64,000 bases of DNA from an uncultured Candidatus Binatia bacterium (GTDB lineage: Bacteria; Desulfobacterota; Binatia; Bin18), in contig OZ243961.1 of NCBI GenBank assembly GCA_965214605.1, positions 2,048,001 to 2,112,000 on the forward strand, read 5' to 3'. The notes under the pieces were generated by a model. It worked only from the letters and a program-made list of their open reading frames with translations. It did no database searches and was not told the origin of the DNA. A program made the translations under genes and the position numbers. Every line of letters starts with the position of its first letter. The stretch's first letter is position 1. This document shows positions 59,148 through 64,000 of this stretch, piece by piece.

Positions 59148-59750
59148 ATGAAGCAGAAAGAGCGTCGTCCTATCCGGGAGGACCCCGATGTGCAGCTCAT
59201 GCTGCGCTTTCAAGATGGAGACACAGAAGCGTTTAATGAACTCTTCCAGAGATATTCTCCAGCGGTCGTCAACTTTGTCGCCCAGTTCCTCGGCAATCGG
59301 GCTCGGGCTGAGGAAATCGCCCAGGACGTGCTGCTCAAAGTCTATGGTCAGCAGCGCCAGTATGAACCCACCGCCAAGTTTTCGACCTGGCTGTTTAAGA
59401 TTGCGCACAACCATTGTCTCAATGAAGTGCGCAAGCGAGAGTACACGGTTAGGCTGGAACCGGTCGAGCCGCAAGGAGAGGAGGGTGAGCCGAACCTGCC
59501 AAGCCCACAGGCAGGGCCAGACAAGGTCTTGGAGGGAGAAGAGGTAGCAGCTAAAATACGCGATATACTGCTCAATATCCCGGATAATCAACGCACGGCA
59601 ATTTTGCTCAGCCGTCAAGAAGGGATGTCGTATCAAGAGGTCGCAGCGGTGATTGGATGTACTGAGAAAGCCGTCAAAAGCCTAGTCTTTCGTGCCACCC
59701 AACGCCTCAGAGCAGGGCTTCAGGATATGGTAGACGGGGATGAAACCTAA
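59148..59750 (+). CDS. ECF RNA polymerase sigma factor
   Basis: AEEIAQDV, FSTWLFKIAHN and MSYQEVA...VKSLVFRA. Confidence 0.93.
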   Translation: MKQKERRPIREDPDVQLMLRFQDGDTEAFNELFQRYSPAVVNFVAQFLGNRARAEEIAQDVLLKVYGQQRQYEPTAKFSTWLFKIAHNHCLNEVRKREYTVRLEPVEPQGEEGEPNLPSPQAGPDKVLEGEEVAAKIRDILLNIPDNQRTAILLSRQEGMSYQEVAAVIGCTEKAVKSLVFRATQRLRAGLQDMVDGDET

Positions 59751-60495
59751 GTCAGAAACACAAATCATGCCTGACCTAGTCGCCTATCTTGACGGTGAAC
59801 TCTCAGAGCGGGACCACGGCCGCGTTGCCGCCACCGTAGGGAACTCCTCGCACCTGCAGAGGGAGGCCGTCCGTTTTGAGCGGGTTGGCTCTTTGGTCGC
59901 CGAGTTGGCTCGCGTCGCCCCGTCGTCAGATTTTGCCGATACCTTTTGGCGGCGTCTTGAGCGTGAAGGCCAGATTGAGCACGAGTCTCAGTTCGCCCGC
60001 TGGCACCGGAAATGGTCTGAAGGGCCCGCCTGGTTCATTGCCGGAGAAGGCTGGAAAGAATGGCTGAGCGGTGGGCCCTGGACGCCAAGCGTGGTTCCGG
60101 TTGCCAGCCTATGCCTTATTCTGGCGGCCCTGTTCTCAGGGATGTCCTCGCTCTCGCCGCCCGGTCAACGAACTCAGTCGGAACAGCTTCTCGTTCAAGA
60201 ACCGCCCCGGCGGCCGACTTGGTTAGAGCAGATTCCGCCTCAGGTGATGGAGAATGCGACCTTTTTCCGTGACTACTGGCTGGCTGCGCGTTTAAAGTGC
60301 TGGACGCATTTTGATGAAATCATGCGGACCCAGGTTCCGCGCCGCCCCAGCACCCTGACCCAGGAGCAGGTCCCTCCCACGCTTATTGAGAACCCCAACT
60401 TTTTTATGCATTATCAGATTCTCCGCCGGATGGATCAGTTTCAGTATTTTGAATCCGTCCAGAGTGTTTCGTTTGACCAGGCAGACCAAGGGTAA
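59740..60495 (+). CDS. Anti-sigma factor (single TM)
   Basis: LVAYLDGEL N-terminus and one TM segment; overlaps the sigma gene. Confidence 0.75.
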   Translation: MKPKSETQIMPDLVAYLDGELSERDHGRVAATVGNSSHLQREAVRFERVGSLVAELARVAPSSDFADTFWRRLEREGQIEHESQFARWHRKWSEGPAWFIAGEGWKEWLSGGPWTPSVVPVASLCLILAALFSGMSSLSPPGQRTQSEQLLVQEPPRRPTWLEQIPPQVMENATFFRDYWLAARLKCWTHFDEIMRTQVPRRPSTLTQEQVPPTLIENPNFFMHYQILRRMDQFQYFESVQSVSFDQADQG

Positions 60496-60522
60496 GGCTG
60501 ACAGCACGAGCGAGGAACAGGT

Positions 60523-60894
60523 ATGGCGGTTCGGTCCCAACAGATCATCCGAGGCATGGTTGCCGGCGTGCTACCATTCATGCTTGGACTAGCCTGTTTC
60601 CCAGGATGGGCAGCAGCAGACGACTCCTCTTTTGGTTTCAGCCTAGTTAACCGGAGCTGGGAAGAGATGTCTCTAGCCGAGCGGCAACGAGCCCTGAGAA
60701 ACTTCCGCCGCTTCCAGCGGCTCCCAGAAGGGCGCAAACAAGACTTACAAAATGCCTATGACACGTGGCAGCAGCTCCCCGCCGCAGAGCGTGAGCGCAT
60801 TCAACACAACTATCAGCGCTACCGGGAGATGAACTCATACGAGAAAGAAGAATTTCGCCTTAAGTATAAGCACTGGCAATCGCAGCAACGCTAG
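60523..60894 (+). CDS. DUF3106-like secreted protein
   Basis: Signal peptide and W..L...ER repeats, typical downstream of ECF/anti-sigma pairs. Confidence 0.7.
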   Translation: MAVRSQQIIRGMVAGVLPFMLGLACFPGWAAADDSSFGFSLVNRSWEEMSLAERQRALRNFRRFQRLPEGRKQDLQNAYDTWQQLPAAERERIQHNYQRYREMNSYEKEEFRLKYKHWQSQQR

Positions 60895-60994
60895 CTCCTG
60901 CGTACCCCCTCCTTGCCCTTCCATCGCTCCATCAACCTCACGTCACTTCTTTGCGACCCTTTCTTCGGTCGGATTTGAACGCTAGGATACGGTC

Positions 60995-63900
60995 ATGGCC
61001 TACCCAGACTCTGCTCTCCCTCCTGTGTCTCCGCTTGCCCAAGACCTGCTCGCCCTGCTGGCCGATCGTATCCTCCTGTTCGACGGTGCTATGGGCACCT
61101 CAATACAAGACCGTCAGCCCGATGCCGCTACATTTGGCGGGGCTGACTACGAAGGCTGTAACGAATATCTCGTGCTCACGGCTCCACACCTCATCGCCGA
61201 TATCCATGCCGGGTTTCTCCAAGCCGGGTCCGACATTATTGAAACGGATACCTTTGGCGCGACACGTATTGTCTTGGCCGAATACGGGCTTGAGGACAGA
61301 ACCATGGAGATCAACCACACCGCGGCCGAAATTGCTCGGCAGGTGGCCGGCCAATACAGCACACCAGCCAAACCCCGCTTTGTAGCCGGCTCAATGGGGC
61401 CGACGACGAAGACGATCTCAGTGACCGGCGGGGTGACGTTTGCCAAGATGCGAGCCGCCTACGCTGAACAGGCTGAGGGGCTGCTGCGCGGCCACGTCCA
61501 TCTGCTCATCCTAGAGACCGCCCAAGACGCCCTTAACCTGAAGGCCGGTCTGATTGGCATTGATGATGCCTTCCATACCCTTGGTCTGCGGGTGCCGGTG
61601 ATTGTGTGTGGCACGATCGAAACCATGGGGACCACGCTGGCCGGTCAAAGCATTGAAGCGTTGTACGTTTCGCTGGCCCACAAAGATTTGCTGGCTATGG
61701 GTCTGAACTGCGCAACCGGTCCGGACTTCATGACCGACCACTTGCGCACTCTGTCTGAGCTATCCCGCTTCCCGGTCATGTGTATGCCTAATGCAGGCCT
61801 ACCGGATGAAAACGGGCATTACAACGAATCCCCCGAGCTGCTGAGCGCCAAACTAGAGCGCTTTGTCAACCAGGGCTGGGTGAATATAATGGGCGGCTGT
61901 TGCGGCACCACCCCCGCCCATCTGCGGCTCTTGTCGCAGATGCTCACAGGGAAAAAGCCGCGCCAACACCAAGGACCACGACGCAGCGTTGTGTGTGGCC
62001 TTGAACCGTTGGTGATTGACGAAGACAAACGGCCAATCCTGGTTGGGGAACGGACGAATGTTATTGGGTCGCGAAAATTTAAACGCCTGATCACCGAAGG
62101 GGCGTTTGAAGAGGCGGCAGAGATTGGACGGCGCCAAGTGCGGGGTGGTGCCCAGGTGGTTGATGTGTGTCTGGCCGACCCAGACCGTGAAGAAGGCGAA
62201 GATATGACGACCTTTTTGGAGATCTTGGTCAAAAAGGTCAAAGTCCCGCTGATGATTGACTCGACCGATGCGCAAGTCATTGAGACAGCGCTTGAGCGCT
62301 GCCAAGGCAAGGCTCTTATTAACTCGATTAACCTCGAAGATGGTGAGGAACGATTTCAAAAAATCATCCCACTCGTCAAACGCTACGGTGCGGCCGTGGT
62401 GGTCGGCTGCATTGACGAAGACCCTGTGCAGGGCATGGCAGTCACCCGCCACCGCAAACTTGAAATCGCTCGACGCAGTTACGGGCTGCTTACCCAAAAG
62501 TATGGCTTGGACCCGGAAGATTTGATCTTCGACCCGCTGGTATTTCCGCTCGGCACAGGCGACCAAAACTATATTGGTGCTGGCCAAGAAACGATCGAAG
62601 GCGTCCGGTTGATTAAACACAACTTTCCCGCGTGTAAAACCATCCTTGGCATCAGCAATGTCTCTTTCGGTCTGCCGTTGGCCGGCCGCGAGGTGCTGAA
62701 CTCGGTCTTTTTGTACGACTGTGTCAAAGCCGGCCTAGATATGGCGATTGTCAACGCCGAAAAGCTCGAGCGCTACGCCTCGATTTCGGAAGAAGAGCGG
62801 TGTCTGTCAGAGGACTTGATCTACTGGCGTGGCGAGGACCCGATCGCCGCCTTTACTGCTCACTTCCGCCACCGACAAACGAGCAATAAACCGGAGACGG
62901 ACCGGGATCGGCCGCTGGATGAACGTCTGGCACGCTATATTATTGAGGGCTCGAAGGACGGTCTGATTGACGATCTGAACGAGGCCCTGCAAGACAGAAA
63001 GCCGCTCGATATCATTAACGGTCCGCTCATGGCCGGTATGGACGAGGTCGGCCGCCTGTTCAATAACAATGAACTCATCGTCGCTGAGGTCTTACAGAGC
63101 GCTGAGTCAATGAAAGCTGCGGTCGCCCACCTTGAGCCGCTTATGGAAAAAACCGCGGAGGCGCTCAAGGGCACGGTCATTTTGGCCACAGTCAAAGGTG
63201 ATGTCCACGATATTGGCAAAAACCTCGTTGAAGTTATCCTAGGCAATAACGGCTATCGGGTCATCAATCTAGGCATTAAGGTCCCGCCGGAAACCCTGAT
63301 TGATGCTTACCGGGAACACCAGCCCGATATGATTGGCTTGTCCGGTTTGCTGGTCAAATCTGCCCAACAGATGGTGGTGACGGCTCAAGATTTACACAAT
63401 GCTAGGGTTCAGTGTCCGATTCTGGTTGGCGGAGCCGCTCTGACCGCTCGGTTTACCGCCAACAAGATTGCTCCGGAGTATAAAAATCTGGTCTGTTATG
63501 CCAACGATGCGATGAACGGTCTTGATTTGGCCAACCAGCTAGTTAATCCCGGCAAACGGGCCCACCTCGTCCAGAAACTCGCGGCGGAACAGGAACGTTT
63601 GACTCGGCAGGCGGCAGAGCCGGTACGTGTCTCCAGGAATGGGCGGACGGCTCCCCAAACTTCCTCGGTGACCCACGAACATCCCATACCAAGTCCACCA
63701 GACCTGCGTTTGCATGTGATTGAGGATCACGACCTCGAAGAGATTTTCGCCTATGTCAACCCGACGATGCTGTATAGCAAACACTTGGGGCTCAAGGGCA
63801 ACCTCGACACCCTGCTCGAACAGCAGGATGAGAGAGCCGTGGGTCTACACGCTCAGGTTCGCGCCCTGCAGGACCGCATCCTAGAGAAAAATTTGATGCA

Positions 63901-64000
63901 CGCAAAGGGAGTCTACAAGTTCTTTCCCGCTCAGTCTGACGGCAATACTCTGCTCGTCTATAACGCGGCGGGCAGTCAGGTGGTTGCAACTTTCGCGTTT
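60995..64000 (+). CDS. metH: Cobalamin-dependent methionine synthase (partial, runs off window end)
   Basis: Manual translation gives FDGAMGT, GLNCATG, PNAGLP, GGCCGTTP, GERTNV and GDVHDIGKNLV. Confidence 0.95.
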   Translation, partial: MAYPDSALPPVSPLAQDLLALLADRILLFDGAMGTSIQDRQPDAATFGGADYEGCNEYLVLTAPHLIADIHAGFLQAGSDIIETDTFGATRIVLAEYGLEDRTMEINHTAAEIARQVAGQYSTPAKPRFVAGSMGPTTKTISVTGGVTFAKMRAAYAEQAEGLLRGHVHLLILETAQDALNLKAGLIGIDDAFHTLGLRVPVIVCGTIETMGTTLAGQSIEALYVSLAHKDLLAMGLNCATGPDFMTDHLRTLSELSRFPVMCMPNAGLPDENGHYNESPELLSAKLERFVNQGWVNIMGGCCGTTPAHLRLLSQMLTGKKPRQHQGPRRSVVCGLEPLVIDEDKRPILVGERTNVIGSRKFKRLITEGAFEEAAEIGRRQVRGGAQVVDVCLADPDREEGEDMTTFLEILVKKVKVPLMIDSTDAQVIETALERCQGKALINSINLEDGEERFQKIIPLVKRYGAAVVVGCIDEDPVQGMAVTRHRKLEIARRSYGLLTQKYGLDPEDLIFDPLVFPLGTGDQNYIGAGQETIEGVRLIKHNFPACKTILGISNVSFGLPLAGREVLNSVFLYDCVKAGLDMAIVNAEKLERYASISEEERCLSEDLIYWRGEDPIAAFTAHFRHRQTSNKPETDRDRPLDERLARYIIEGSKDGLIDDLNEALQDRKPLDIINGPLMAGMDEVGRLFNNNELIVAEVLQSAESMKAAVAHLEPLMEKTAEALKGTVILATVKGDVHDIGKNLVEVILGNNGYRVINLGIKVPPETLIDAYREHQPDMIGLSGLLVKSAQQMVVTAQDLHNARVQCPILVGGAALTARFTANKIAPEYKNLVCYANDAMNGLDLANQLVNPGKRAHLVQKLAAEQERLTRQAAEPVRVSRNGRTAPQTSSVTHEHPIPSPPDLRLHVIEDHDLEEIFAYVNPTMLYSKHLGLKGNLDTLLEQQDERAVGLHAQVRALQDRILEKNLMHAKGVYKFFPAQSDGNTLLVYNAAGSQVVATFAF

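Noticed and set aside
60951-63989. Short ORFs listed in the track for this region
   Set aside because: All overlap the long open + strand metH frame, which the track omits presumably because its stop lies beyond the window.

Overview
GC-rich bacterial chromosome segment. The F420-type luciferase-like monooxygenases, MMPL exporters and sigma-54 system suggest a Deltaproteobacteria/Binatia-like organism, but this is only an inference. Core-like genes occupy about 1-14.6 kb: an AMIN-domain protein, a LolA-like protein, two tandem MMPL transporters, TetR, a DASS transporter, two LLM oxidoreductases, an FTR catalytic subunit, a 2-hydroxyacid dehydrogenase, and a UGSC selenoprotein missed by the ORF track together with its partner. 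Core-like genes resume at about 56.2-64 kb: an NtrC-type two-component pair, ECF sigma/anti-sigma/DUF3106, and a partial metH. Between them lies a ~41.5 kb mosaic defence island. Its most striking element is an intact, tightly coupled operon joining an SspABCD-type single-strand phosphorothioation module to a PbeABCD-like effector (PLD-helicase, small protein, CxC zinc-hook ABC ATPase, small protein) in place of SspE. A 710-aa protein carrying RNA-polymerase alpha-CTD-like and sigma70-region-4-like domains is inserted between the two modules, and sspC contains an in-frame C15 tract that could phase-vary the system. The island also holds an intact 6A-MBL-like ubiquitin-conjugation system, a 1354-aa HigA-nuclease-helical-repeat fusion, a Schlafen/ParA pair, ArdC, a serine resolvase with its res site, dif-like sites, a conserved leader hairpin and many pseudogenes. 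All calls come from motif reading; no database search was run.
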